Assembly: GCA_041659065.1 (NCBI GenBank)
Contig: JBAZYY010000003.1
Coordinates: 20,696 to 84,695 of the forward strand
DNA: 64,000 nt
Direction: 5' to 3'
Source: Parcubacteria group bacterium
GTDB lineage: Bacteria; Patescibacteriota; Minisyncoccia; Moranbacterales; UBA11712
Shown: positions 10,592-19,360 of the stretch, piece by piece
Layout of the letters: the number at the start of each line of letters is the position of its first letter
How positions within the stretch are numbered: the first letter of the stretch is position 1
The notes under the pieces: model-generated
The model's input: the letters and a program-made list of their open reading frames with translations, nothing else
Told to the model about the DNA's origin: nothing
Databases searched by the model: none
Program-made: the position numbers and the translations under genes

Positions 10592-11413
10592 CTATTCTTT
10601 TTTCTTGCACGTTATTATCGTATATGGAATTTTCCAAGCATAAGGATTGTCCTTCCTAGTCAGAACTTCGCCTAATCTTTCGACATGCTCGCTTATATAT
10701 TTTTTAGCCTCCGCAATGTCTGCTGGAGAAGCGTTCACGCGAGTTACAAAAAATTCATCAAATTTTTCATAAAGTTTCGGTCCAACGGAAATTCGTGAGA
10801 TTTCGTCAAAAATTTGCTCGTGCAAAGCGATGCCTTCTTCTTTTCCAGAAAAAGAAACTTTTCTATGGGCAAAACCAAAAATCCCGTTGAAAGCCTCGGC
10901 TTGCTCCTTGTCTTTGAATGATCCAAATTGGCTGACCAAAATTCCTCCTGGCTTGAGAACGCGATAGATTTGTCTGAGAATTGCAGCTTGATCTTTTCCT
11001 TCAACATATTGTAACACGCTTCGCAAAAGGACGATGTCGGCCGATTCATCAGGCAGCGGATTTTTCACCAAATCGCCTACGACCTTATCTGCCTGAACCG
11101 GACTTTTCTCCATCGCCACCTTGTTCATATCAACCATCACCAGTTTTGCCTTTTTGCTGCTTGCAATAAATTTTTCTCGAATGTAATTTCCCAATATTCC
11201 CTGACTTGATCCGGCATCAATAATAGTTGGGTTTTCTAATTCAAAAATTTCAGGCGGAATATTTTCCGCAAAAATTTCGCAGTTTTCCCTGCTGCTGAAG
11301 TAGCCATTATAGATCTTCTCCAGTGATTCGCCCTGACCACCCGCAGCCCGCTTGGCAGCTTCAATATCCTGCTCGACGGCTGAAAAATTATTTTCACCTG
11401 ATGATTCACTCAT
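10592..11413 (-). CDS. class I SAM-dependent methyltransferase
   Basis: IIDAGSSQG, RVLKPGG; true start probably MSESS because the longer ORF overlaps the AbrB-like gene. Confidence 0.8.
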   Translation of the reverse strand: MSESSGENNFSAVEQDIEAAKRAAGGQGESLEKIYNGYFSSRENCEIFAENIPPEIFELENPTIIDAGSSQGILGNYIREKFIASSKKAKLVMVDMNKVAMEKSPVQADKVVGDLVKNPLPDESADIVLLRSVLQYVEGKDQAAILRQIYRVLKPGGILVSQFGSFKDKEQAEAFNGIFGFAHRKVSFSGKEEGIALHEQIFDEISRISVGPKLYEKFDEFFVTRVNASPADIAEAKKYISEHVERLGEVLTRKDNPYAWKIPYTIITCKKKE

Positions 11414-11439
11414 ATTTTGTTCATTCTGACTTTCTTCTT

Positions 11440-11610
11440 TCACTTCTTCCGCCAATCGCTGATCTCTATTTTCCCGTTTCCTTTGTCCTTCACAACCAGC
11501 TTTTGTTTTTCCTTCCATTTGTATTTTTCCACGATTTCTTTTGGGATGGTCACCGAAAAACTATACGCGCTGGATTTTTTCAATTTGTGGACGCTTTTTC
11601 GCTCGGCCAT
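11440..11610 (-). CDS. AbrB/MazE/SpoVT-like small DNA-binding protein (56 aa, absent from ORF track)
   Basis: MAERKSVHKLKKSSAYSFSVTIPKEIVEKYKWKEKQKLVVKDKGNGKIEISDWRKK; VTIPKE swapped-hairpin pattern. Confidence 0.8.
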   Translation of the reverse strand: MAERKSVHKLKKSSAYSFSVTIPKEIVEKYKWKEKQKLVVKDKGNGKIEISDWRKK

Positions 11611-11621
11611 TGTAATATATT

Positions 11622-12410
11622 TTAATTTTTACGGGCAAATATGGCACCGGACACATGGGTTTCTTTGAATTTGTCTTCAGGATTTATTTTTAGTAGTTCT
11701 TGAATCAATTCTTTTTCAAAATTTGCTGCTTTATTTCCGAACAATTTTTTTGCGGCATAAGAAGTGGTATATTGCTGTTTGATGATATCCTGGCTGGAAA
11801 TTATTTGAACGGCTGAGGGATATTTCAGATATTCTATATTCTTGAATCCAGCCTTTTTCAGAATATCCTCGTGTTTTCCGGGAGGTTCAGTATATAATCC
11901 ATTGCCCGCTCTACGCTCCTCGCCCAGATATTTTTTGATAATTTCCAGGACCTTATTTTTCCAGATATTTCGTTGCTTTTTCCAAATACTGTACCCGGTC
12001 CACGCGACAACAATGCCGCCATCGTCCAATAAAATTATATTGGCAAGATTTGCAAATTTTTCCCGGTTTATCCAATGAAAAGAAGCGCCAAAAGTTATGA
12101 GCTTGAATGAGCCGATTGTATCATCCAAATCATCCGCGGATTTGTTTATCCATTTGATATTTTGTATGCCCGCTTCTTTCGCCATCCTCTTTCCCTTTTT
12201 GATCATTCCTGAATCAATATCTACAGCAATAACTTCTTCGAAATATTTGCTCAAAGGAACAGTGAGGACTCCCGGACCGCAGCCGATATCCAACAATCTT
12301 CCTCTGCCGTCCAGATGAAATTTATCAACAATATCCGAGAACATTTTATCAGGATAGGACGGGCGATATTGGGCATAATATTCAGATGTCCCTTCAAAAA
12401 GAGTTTTCAT
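11622..12410 (-). CDS. class I SAM-dependent methyltransferase
   Basis: YAQYRPSYP, LLDIGCGPG, SFHWI. Confidence 0.9.
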   Translation of the reverse strand: MKTLFEGTSEYYAQYRPSYPDKMFSDIVDKFHLDGRGRLLDIGCGPGVLTVPLSKYFEEVIAVDIDSGMIKKGKRMAKEAGIQNIKWINKSADDLDDTIGSFKLITFGASFHWINREKFANLANIILLDDGGIVVAWTGYSIWKKQRNIWKNKVLEIIKKYLGEERRAGNGLYTEPPGKHEDILKKAGFKNIEYLKYPSAVQIISSQDIIKQQYTTSYAAKKLFGNKAANFEKELIQELLKINPEDKFKETHVSGAIFARKN

Positions 12411-12454
12411 ATCAAAAGTTTATATTATTTTCGAGATCAATATTACTGGATTTT

Positions 12455-12479
12455 TAGAGGCCTCTATAAAAGCTTCTAT
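12455..12479 (-). repeat. double-palindrome intergenic repeat, copy 2
   Basis: TAGAGGCCTCTATAAAAGCTTCTAT. Confidence 0.88.
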
Positions 12480-12521
12480 TTTTATTTTAACAGACCCGCA
12501 AAAAAAGAAAAACAGACATGT

Positions 12522-13025
12522 TTAATTGAAAGATCTAAAACTTTTATGATGTCCCTCAAAGTCAATTTTGGTAGGAGCATTTACCTGTCTAGTTGAAAAA
12601 TAAATAGAATACAATAAGGCAGCTAATGTGATTACAAGAGTGAAATATGCAACCCATAGAGTTTTATTTGCAATTATGATAGCTTTCCGAGACAAGTTTT
12701 GTGCCAAAATTGTATCCTCTTTAGCTTGCCGGAGCTCTTCATATTCAAAATACTGAATATAGGCTTGATAGCTTAATGTATATTTACTCTCATCAGCATT
12801 CTGATTTCCCAATTGTTCAAGTAAAGTATACGGGGTTTCACGATTTAATCCTCTTGTGAAATTATCAAAAGCATCATTAAGAAATTTTTTCACTATTTCC
12901 CATTCCCTTTCCCGTCTACTGTAATGCGTTTCTATGTCTTTATATATGAAACCATTTGGACGCTCATACCCGTATCGAACTGCCCTTACATGAATCCCAT
13001 CCCCATCTTTGTTTTCACTACTCAT
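12522..13025 (-). CDS. hypothetical protein with C-terminal TM helix
   Basis: 167-aa AT-rich ORF. Confidence 0.65.
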   Translation of the reverse strand: MSSENKDGDGIHVRAVRYGYERPNGFIYKDIETHYSRREREWEIVKKFLNDAFDNFTRGLNRETPYTLLEQLGNQNADESKYTLSYQAYIQYFEYEELRQAKEDTILAQNLSRKAIIIANKTLWVAYFTLVITLAALLYSIYFSTRQVNAPTKIDFEGHHKSFRSFN

Positions 13026-13086
13026 GATTTTAAACTATAAGTGCTTAGCGCTTCGCTAATTTCTATTACAGTTAATTCAAAAATTA

Positions 13087-14046
13087 CTACTGACTATTCG
13101 ATCCTAATACTACGGTCGTAGATCTCAAAGGCTTTGGAATAGGGAAAATATTTAACTTAAATAAATGGTTCAGCAATAAATACCTTGCGACATCTTCCAT
13201 CTGAATTACCAGAGAAAGTAACGCAACAGGATCATGCTTATAATTTTTTTTGGTCTTGTCCAAATCATAAATGATCGTTTCTCCGGGAACAGTTTCTATG
13301 TGATTTTTTGCAGTTGGTATAAGGCTTTCGTGTACTGTTTTATGTCGAATGCGTTTGTTGACTGTTTCGATAATTTCTCCGTATGCATTTTGAGCATCTG
13401 GGTTGCCTGGTATTAGTTCGGTAAGCCTATGGTTTCTCCAATCGGATGGAGACACTGAATGATGCTGTAAACCAGCTCTTTTGCATCCATCACAATAAAA
13501 TAATTTATCGCAAAATGGCTGTGTCCCTATTAACTTATCTATTATTGAATAATAAATCATTAGCTGCCAATACGATGTGTCGGTTATTAATTTATTCGGA
13601 TAAGTAGTACCTTTATTTAGACGGGTCAAATAATTTATTACCAATTCAATTTCATCCGTTTTTAATTCTAGAAAAGTGGCATAGAGTTTTTGATAACTTT
13701 TTACTGTTTTTTCAGCACTATTTTTTTGAAAAAAATACACGTAAGGCAATACATCATCATAATCAATAGCGCATATGAGTTTCTCCTTAATAAATTCTAA
13801 ATTTCCAGTTCCATTTTTTTCAAACTCACTTAGAGTATAATGGGAATTTAAAACAAATGTATGAAAAATAATCCAATTTTTTAATATCTCGTTATTTTTA
13901 TAGTTTTTTGCGGTGATTGTATCAGTATAATATTTTCCTCCAACACCAATTCTTACACAGGCTCTTTTATGTGGTTCGATAATTAATCCATCTGCCAGAA
14001 GTATTTTATTTTTAGGTGAAAAATTAGTTGGAAAAATCATAACCAT
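13087..14046 (-). CDS. hypothetical protein, possible HEPN (ApeA-like) RNase
   Basis: AT-rich; CDGC plus RHKTVH (Rx4H) in a helical C-terminal half. Confidence 0.5.
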   Translation of the reverse strand: MVMIFPTNFSPKNKILLADGLIIEPHKRACVRIGVGGKYYTDTITAKNYKNNEILKNWIIFHTFVLNSHYTLSEFEKNGTGNLEFIKEKLICAIDYDDVLPYVYFFQKNSAEKTVKSYQKLYATFLELKTDEIELVINYLTRLNKGTTYPNKLITDTSYWQLMIYYSIIDKLIGTQPFCDKLFYCDGCKRAGLQHHSVSPSDWRNHRLTELIPGNPDAQNAYGEIIETVNKRIRHKTVHESLIPTAKNHIETVPGETIIYDLDKTKKNYKHDPVALLSLVIQMEDVARYLLLNHLFKLNIFPIPKPLRSTTVVLGSNSQ

Positions 14047-14070
14047 TATTGATTATATAAAGTTTTGAAA

Positions 14071-14120
14071 TAGTAGTCTCTATAGAGGCTTCCATCTCTT
14101 CTCTAATCCTATCACTTCTA
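14071..14120 (-). repeat. double-palindrome intergenic repeat, copy 3 (degenerate, with TAATCCTATCAC tail)
   Basis: TAGTAGTCTCTATAGAGGCTTCCAT...TAATCCTATCACTTC. Confidence 0.8.
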
Positions 14121-14123
14121 TAC

Positions 14124-15056
14124 CTACTGGCAATCCGCATCACAGGCGATGCCGTCGTGATCGGCGTCTCTTCTTGTGCATCCGCAAGTGTTGAGCTGGT
14201 ATTGCGCTTCGGCGCAGCCCATTTGCGGACAAGTCTTGCCGCAGTTGCAGGTATAAGTTCCGGTTGTGTTTGGAGTCGTCAGTTGAACGGGCAAAGCGAT
14301 TGGCGCCGGGGTCGGAGCAACGGAAACCGGGGGAGCGGGGGAAGGGGACTGGGTTTCGGTTTGGCAGGCGCCTTCGGCCCACAAGCCCCGCTTGTTATTT
14401 TTCGCTTCTTCTTCGGCAAGTTTCAATTGATCTTGAAATTTCGTGTCCGGGGGATAATTCGCGGATTTCGCAAAACCATTTCGCACGAGATAGTCATTCA
14501 CGAAAGTATCGCCGTTATAGGCATAGCGGAGGAGGCGGCCGTATTTGTCCGTTTCGGAAACATCTTTCACAAGCCGCACTTCTTTGCCTTCGACAAGCTG
14601 CCTGTTCTTTGTGCTGGCTTCTTTTTCAAAACAGGGCGCCGGATTGGCGGAGCCGGCCGCTTCGGGTGCGTCTATTCCGATATATCTCACCACTTGACCG
14701 CTTTCGAGTTTGATCGTGTCGCCGTCGACGACGCGAGCCACTTTGAATGTTTCTTCTTGGGGTGGCTGTTGCTCCGTTTGCTCCGGCTCTTTGTTTTTAT
14801 GTCTTTCGGCTTCCAGTTGGTTCTTGAGCTCTTCCACTTGGGAATTGAGAGCGGCCGTTTCACTTGGCTTTTTGTCGGCGTGTCCTCCGGAGGAAAGAAG
14901 AAAAACAAAAACAACCACGACAGCGGCGGTTGCGATCCATTTATTCCTCTTTTTCCAGTCAGTTCTTTGCCAGACGACCCAAATCAACGTGATCGGCAGA
15001 AAAATGACCATGATGATTGCTTTCAAGATGGCGAGAAGATCGATTTTTTGAGCCAT
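14124..15056 (-). CDS. membrane-anchored thermonuclease (SNase) with C-terminal Cys-rich Excalibur-like domain
   Basis: VVDGDTI, RYIGIDAPE, DKYGRLLRY, KRGLW; terminal RDADHDGIAC. Confidence 0.9.
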   Translation of the reverse strand: MAQKIDLLAILKAIIMVIFLPITLIWVVWQRTDWKKRNKWIATAAVVVVFVFLLSSGGHADKKPSETAALNSQVEELKNQLEAERHKNKEPEQTEQQPPQEETFKVARVVDGDTIKLESGQVVRYIGIDAPEAAGSANPAPCFEKEASTKNRQLVEGKEVRLVKDVSETDKYGRLLRYAYNGDTFVNDYLVRNGFAKSANYPPDTKFQDQLKLAEEEAKNNKRGLWAEGACQTETQSPSPAPPVSVAPTPAPIALPVQLTTPNTTGTYTCNCGKTCPQMGCAEAQYQLNTCGCTRRDADHDGIACDADCQ

Positions 15057-15153
15057 AGGCTTGTTTTAATTCTATGTCGAGGATAATCCTTTTTGGCTTA
15101 AAAATCAAGTATTGTTTCAAAGATTAAGAGCCAGCATGTTTCGGCAAGAAAAA

Positions 15154-15210
15154 TAGAGGCCTCTATAGAAGCTTCTATTTTTTAATCCTATCGCTCCTGT
15201 TTTTTTAAGC
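15154..15210 (-). repeat. double-palindrome intergenic repeat, copy 4
   Basis: TAGAGGCCTCTATAGAAGCTTCTAT...TAATCCTATCGCTCCTGTTTTT. Confidence 0.9.
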
Positions 15211-15352
15211 TACGGAAAAAAATAAAAAAGGCGGCCTCCATAGGGGAGCGCGTCGCTCTTTCTGTTCGAGCCAGCGACCCGGAGATGCCCGAACCGACGG
15301 GAGCAAACGCCTTAGTTTCTCGCACCTTGCGGACTATTTTTTCTGATGGTCG

Positions 15353-16438
15353 CTAAGATTCAAGAAATATGTCTTGATTTCGAGGATTTATTCCTTCTAC
15401 TCTCTCTACCATAAACTTTACCGCTTCATTCATATTCGCAGTCTGTAATTTTATTTTCGGATATTTATTGTGAAAAACACGAAATATTTCATCAGCAAAC
15501 GCCTGACCAACGACAGGAACCTTATCAAAATCGAAAACAATAAACCGAAATTTTTCCAATCCAACCAAAACTCTTCTGGCCTGTGAGCGAGAAATATGCA
15601 CACCTCCTAAGGCATAAAGCTTGATCTTGATTTCCGTTTTATCAAAACCATAGTTGCTTTTTTCGTCAATATTAGCATAGCGCTTGAAAACGTCATTAAG
15701 ATGGCCCTTTGATTCTACTGAAATATTGAATATGACTTTAGTGCCATTTTTTCGTTTTCCCTTGCCTTTTATCTCTTGTAAAAAAACATCTTTCACTTTG
15801 TTGTTTACTATCAGTCTGTAGCCATAGCTATCCAAAATGAATTCGTCGCCGACTTTTGATGTAAAAAATATACCTTCACCTGAATGAGATTTGGGTAAAG
15901 TGGTTGTTTTTCCTTTCAGGAGATCCTGGATAGCCTCCAACTCTGATTTGAGACCTTTTTTCTGCATGATATTTCGAAATACGCCCACACCGAAATCATT
16001 CACAATGAACGAAAGATGCTTTTCTTTGACGGACACCTCTACGGAAATCTTCGATGATCCGGAATGCTCAATGGCGTTATTCAGCATTTCAGAAAAAGCA
16101 TAGATGAAAATACTCCTCACATTTTCACCCAGTTTCAATACCACTGGAAATCTGGCTTCTATCTCATCCAGGACTTTGTGCTCTTCCAAATTATCGTTAG
16201 GAAATGTTTTAACAAACTTTGCAGGAAAAATCTCCAAATGTTGGGAAGCGTATTCGGGAAGAGTATACTGCGCGTTTCTGGTTGAACCTATTTTAGTAAG
16301 TTTTCCGTCCGAAACAAGCTCCGAAATTATGCTGCTTGCATATTGCCGTGAAACGCCAAGAAGCTTGGCGATATCAACCGTCTTTATGGACCTGCCTCGT
16401 TTTTTCGCCAGTTCAAGAATTTTTTTTCTCGTATCCAT
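15353..16438 (-). CDS. wHTH + GHKL ATPase + STAS-like (DUF4325) protein
   Basis: N-terminal HTH; EMLNNAIEHS, DFGVG, SGEGIFFTS; SRSQARR...GQAFADEIFRV. Confidence 0.85.
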   Translation of the reverse strand: MDTRKKILELAKKRGRSIKTVDIAKLLGVSRQYASSIISELVSDGKLTKIGSTRNAQYTLPEYASQHLEIFPAKFVKTFPNDNLEEHKVLDEIEARFPVVLKLGENVRSIFIYAFSEMLNNAIEHSGSSKISVEVSVKEKHLSFIVNDFGVGVFRNIMQKKGLKSELEAIQDLLKGKTTTLPKSHSGEGIFFTSKVGDEFILDSYGYRLIVNNKVKDVFLQEIKGKGKRKNGTKVIFNISVESKGHLNDVFKRYANIDEKSNYGFDKTEIKIKLYALGGVHISRSQARRVLVGLEKFRFIVFDFDKVPVVGQAFADEIFRVFHNKYPKIKLQTANMNEAVKFMVERVEGINPRNQDIFLES

Positions 16439-16603
16439 ATTTGTAAACTAATTGTAATCTATACAAAATTAATTGTCAAGCAATTGTCAAGTCAATACAA
16501 CAAAATTAGGTTTATACAAGCCTTAAAATAAACTTACTCACGAGACAGAAAATCAAACGTTGCTTCGCAAAGGTCGAGTTCGGTGAGGATTCTGCCTTTC
16601 TTT

Positions 16604-16669
16604 TTGAGGCCTTTATAGAAGCTTCTATTTTTTATCCTATCATTCCTGCTTTTGGGCAAGGCTGAGATG
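16604..16669 (-). repeat. double-palindrome intergenic repeat, copy 5
   Basis: TTGAGGCCTTTATAGAAGCTTCTAT...ATCCTATCATTCCTG...GGCAAGGCTGAGATG. Confidence 0.88.
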
Positions 16670-16708
16670 GGATTTTGCAATCGAAAAACGGAGATATGAG
16701 ATGAAACT

Positions 16709-18004
16709 TCAAATCATCTTTTTATCTTCGCTCAAGGCTATTTCTGCGTCGAGAGTGACTACTTCGACTGCGGCGAGCGAGCGTTTCTGATTGCGCATGA
16801 CCATGATTCCCAATGCCGCAGCAACGATCGCAGCCAATCCTCCGACACCCAAACTCCAACGCGGACCAGCATGTTCACCAACCCAGCCGATTAACGGACC
16901 GCCGATTGCCGTGGATCCGAGATAAGACATTGACCAGAGAACCATAACCCGTCCGCGCAGCTGTGGGTCGCTGTTTAGTTGCAAGGTTGAATTGGCGAGA
17001 GTTGCAAACCAAATGGAACATGCCCCGACCAGCACCATGACACCTACCGCAAGAAACAAAGTTGGCATCAGAGATATCAGAATGACAGAGCAGCCAAACA
17101 CGAACGCGGCTATGGCTAGCGTATCCGATCCCTTAATTTTTCGACTGGCATGAAAAAGTCCTCCCAAAACAGAGCCGAGCCCTAGGGCTCCTGTCAGTGC
17201 AGCGTAGCTGCTGGGGCTGCCGTGAAATGAGGTCTTGGCAAGCAGCGCCAAGCTAACCGGAAATTCATACGTGAGCGTGCCAATTATCGCGATCATAACG
17301 ATTGTGCCGGCGAGGATAGGTTTTGATAAAACGTGGCGAAAGCCCTCCCAAATCATTCCTTTTGATTTTGGAAGCGGTGAACCTTTGTGAAGTTCATCCT
17401 TGTTTATGAGAGAGAGGGCAATGATTATCACGATATAGGAAGCACCATTGAGAATAAAACAGGGAGCGAACCCAGTTGTTGCGATTAAAATGCCTGCCAC
17501 TGCCGGCCCCGCAACTCTGGACAAATTTAGCATACTTGCGTTGAGCGTAATAGCATTCTTTATTTTATGCCCCTCGACCATTTCTGGAATAAAAGCATAA
17601 TAAGCTGGGCTGTCAATAAGGCTTATGATTCCTGTGGCGAGACTCAAAAGAAAAATCATCCAAACTTGGATGATCCCAGTCAAGACCAGGATGCCAAGCG
17701 AAAAAGCCAGGATACCAAAGGCTGATTTGGTCATGATCAGGAGGGCACGCTTGGAAAATCGATCTGCAACCATGCCGCCCCAAGGTCCCAACAGTAATAT
17801 GGGCAAATATTGCAAGGATACGGCGACTCCCAAAGCGGTGCCTGAGTTGGTCATTTTCAAGACCAGCCAAGCAAGAGCAATTCCCTGCATGAAGGTACCT
17901 GCCATTGAAATGCTCTGGCCGATAAAATACAAACGAAAATTACGGGTTGCAAGCGAAGAAAAAGTATCTTGGCTGAATTTTTTTATTTTTGCTTTCATAA
18001 CCAT
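16709..18004 (-). CDS. MFS transporter
   Basis: ~12 TM segments; GGMVADRFSKR motif A; LRGRV. Confidence 0.92.
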   Translation of the reverse strand: MVMKAKIKKFSQDTFSSLATRNFRLYFIGQSISMAGTFMQGIALAWLVLKMTNSGTALGVAVSLQYLPILLLGPWGGMVADRFSKRALLIMTKSAFGILAFSLGILVLTGIIQVWMIFLLSLATGIISLIDSPAYYAFIPEMVEGHKIKNAITLNASMLNLSRVAGPAVAGILIATTGFAPCFILNGASYIVIIIALSLINKDELHKGSPLPKSKGMIWEGFRHVLSKPILAGTIVMIAIIGTLTYEFPVSLALLAKTSFHGSPSSYAALTGALGLGSVLGGLFHASRKIKGSDTLAIAAFVFGCSVILISLMPTLFLAVGVMVLVGACSIWFATLANSTLQLNSDPQLRGRVMVLWSMSYLGSTAIGGPLIGWVGEHAGPRWSLGVGGLAAIVAAALGIMVMRNQKRSLAAVEVVTLDAEIALSEDKKMI

Positions 18005-18054
18005 CCAAGGTATTATTTCTAGCGCTTCGCTAAGGTTCGACCTTAGCGATAATC

Positions 18055-18105
18055 AGTATGCTCTATAGAAGCCTCTATTTCTTTTTTTATCTCGTCACCC
18101 TTGCT
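18055..18105 (-). repeat. double-palindrome intergenic repeat, copy 6 (degenerate)
   Basis: CTCTATAGAAGCCTCTAT...TTATCTCGTCACCC. Confidence 0.7.
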
Positions 18106-18124
18106 CTAGGAGAAAAGCAAAGAC

Positions 18125-19228
18125 TCAAAAATCTTTATGCCTTATTTCGCTGAGCCCTTTTTTGGCTTTCTTGATGAATTTCCCAAATTGACGATCCTTT
18201 TCCTTTTTTTTAAGTCCGGTCATTTCAAAATATTCAGCTTCTTTTTTCAGACCAATATAGTTTGAATATTTATCTTCATCTAATTTGCCTGATCTTAACG
18301 CGGCCAGCACCGCGCAGCCTGGTTCGTGGACGTGCGCGCAATCGACATATTTGCAATCTCTCCCGATGGCTGTTATTTCATCAAATGTGTCGTTTATGCC
18401 GGCGTTCGCATCTGTCATTCCCACTTCCCGCACCCCGGGATTGTCGATTACGATGCCGCCCTGAGCCAAAAAATACATTTCTCTGGCAGTAGTTATATGT
18501 TTTCCTCTGCCGGAACGCGAACCAATGTCGCCGGTTTTTATTTCGCTTCCTCCAGTCAGCTTGTTTATTAAGGAAGATTTTCCAACCCCGGATGATCCCA
18601 AAAAGCAATAAGTTTCCCCTTTGGCTATATATTTTTTCAATTCATCCAATCCTTTGTCTGTCAAAGTGCTGGTCGGAATGACATCAATATTTTTGAACCT
18701 GTCTTTCATCTGGACCAGCTTTGAATCCAATTCTTCCCTTGAGATTAAATCTATTTTATTAAGTATCAGAGAGGGCTTTATCCCGCCATCACTTGCTAGG
18801 GCGAAATATCTTTCCACGCGGTTCAGGTTATAGTCCCTGTCGACAGATTCGATGATGAACGCCACGTCAATATTTGTTGCGATGATTTGGGCTTCATCTT
18901 TTTCGCCAGCTTTATTTTTATCGCCGCGTCTTCTTTTGATTATCGTCTTTCTGGGTAAGATGCTGCGAATTACCGCCTGCTGTCCATCAGCCTCTAAAAT
19001 TGTCACCCAATCGCCGACAGCCGGATAATCTTCCCGCGATGTCGCGCTGAACATTTGCTTTCCGGTTATTTTTGCCAGATACTCGCCAGCGGCATTTTTT
19101 ACTTTGTAAGCACCTCTCATCTCGGCAATCACCCGGGCAATTTGAAAAGTATCCAGTCCGAGTTTTGCTCGACTGGTTTCAAAAAAGGCATTCCAGCCTA
19201 GATCTTCAATTGATAATCCTTTTTCCAT
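18125..19228 (-). CDS. rsgA: ribosome small subunit-dependent GTPase A
   Basis: PAVGDWV, NKID, GSSGVGKSS, GKHITT, DNPG, CKYVDCAHVHEPGC. Confidence 0.93.
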   Translation of the reverse strand: MEKGLSIEDLGWNAFFETSRAKLGLDTFQIARVIAEMRGAYKVKNAAGEYLAKITGKQMFSATSREDYPAVGDWVTILEADGQQAVIRSILPRKTIIKRRRGDKNKAGEKDEAQIIATNIDVAFIIESVDRDYNLNRVERYFALASDGGIKPSLILNKIDLISREELDSKLVQMKDRFKNIDVIPTSTLTDKGLDELKKYIAKGETYCFLGSSGVGKSSLINKLTGGSEIKTGDIGSRSGRGKHITTAREMYFLAQGGIVIDNPGVREVGMTDANAGINDTFDEITAIGRDCKYVDCAHVHEPGCAVLAALRSGKLDEDKYSNYIGLKKEAEYFEMTGLKKKEKDRQFGKFIKKAKKGLSEIRHKDF

Positions 19229-19244
19229 TTTTTTAAATTTTTGA

Positions 19245-19317
19245 CAGAAGCCTCTGTAGAAGCTTCTATCTCTCCCTTAATCCTATCACTCCTGTTTTTT
19301 CAGGCAAGGCCGAGATG
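19245..19317 (-). repeat. double-palindrome intergenic repeat, copy 7 (full length, promoter-like)
   Basis: Minus strand reads TTGCCT-16 bp-(TG)TAGGAT then TAGAAGCTTCTA CAGAGGCTTCTG, ending ~16 nt before the rsgA ATG. Confidence 0.88.
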
Positions 19318-19360
19318 AGAAACAGAAAACCCGCCAAAGCATATTTTCTGCTGGCGGGTT

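Noticed and set aside
11414-11518. N-terminal extension of the 10592 methyltransferase
   Set aside because: Out-of-frame overlap with the AbrB-like gene; a later Met is more plausible
14157-15086. 309-aa plus-strand ORF
   Set aside because: Antisense shadow of the GC-rich thermonuclease gene
15229-15312. ZTP riboswitch
   Set aside because: GGGTCG..CTGGC..GAGCGAC resembles it superficially, but the 3' pseudoknot strand and a relevant downstream gene are missing
6101-19317. CRISPR array interpretation of the 24-bp palindromic repeats
   Set aside because: Copies are 1-6 kb apart, separated by whole genes and degenerate; no cas genes
6101-19317. Classical integron attC sites
   Set aside because: No RYYYAAC/GTTRRRY ends or attC-type fold recognised, and no tyrosine integrase in the window
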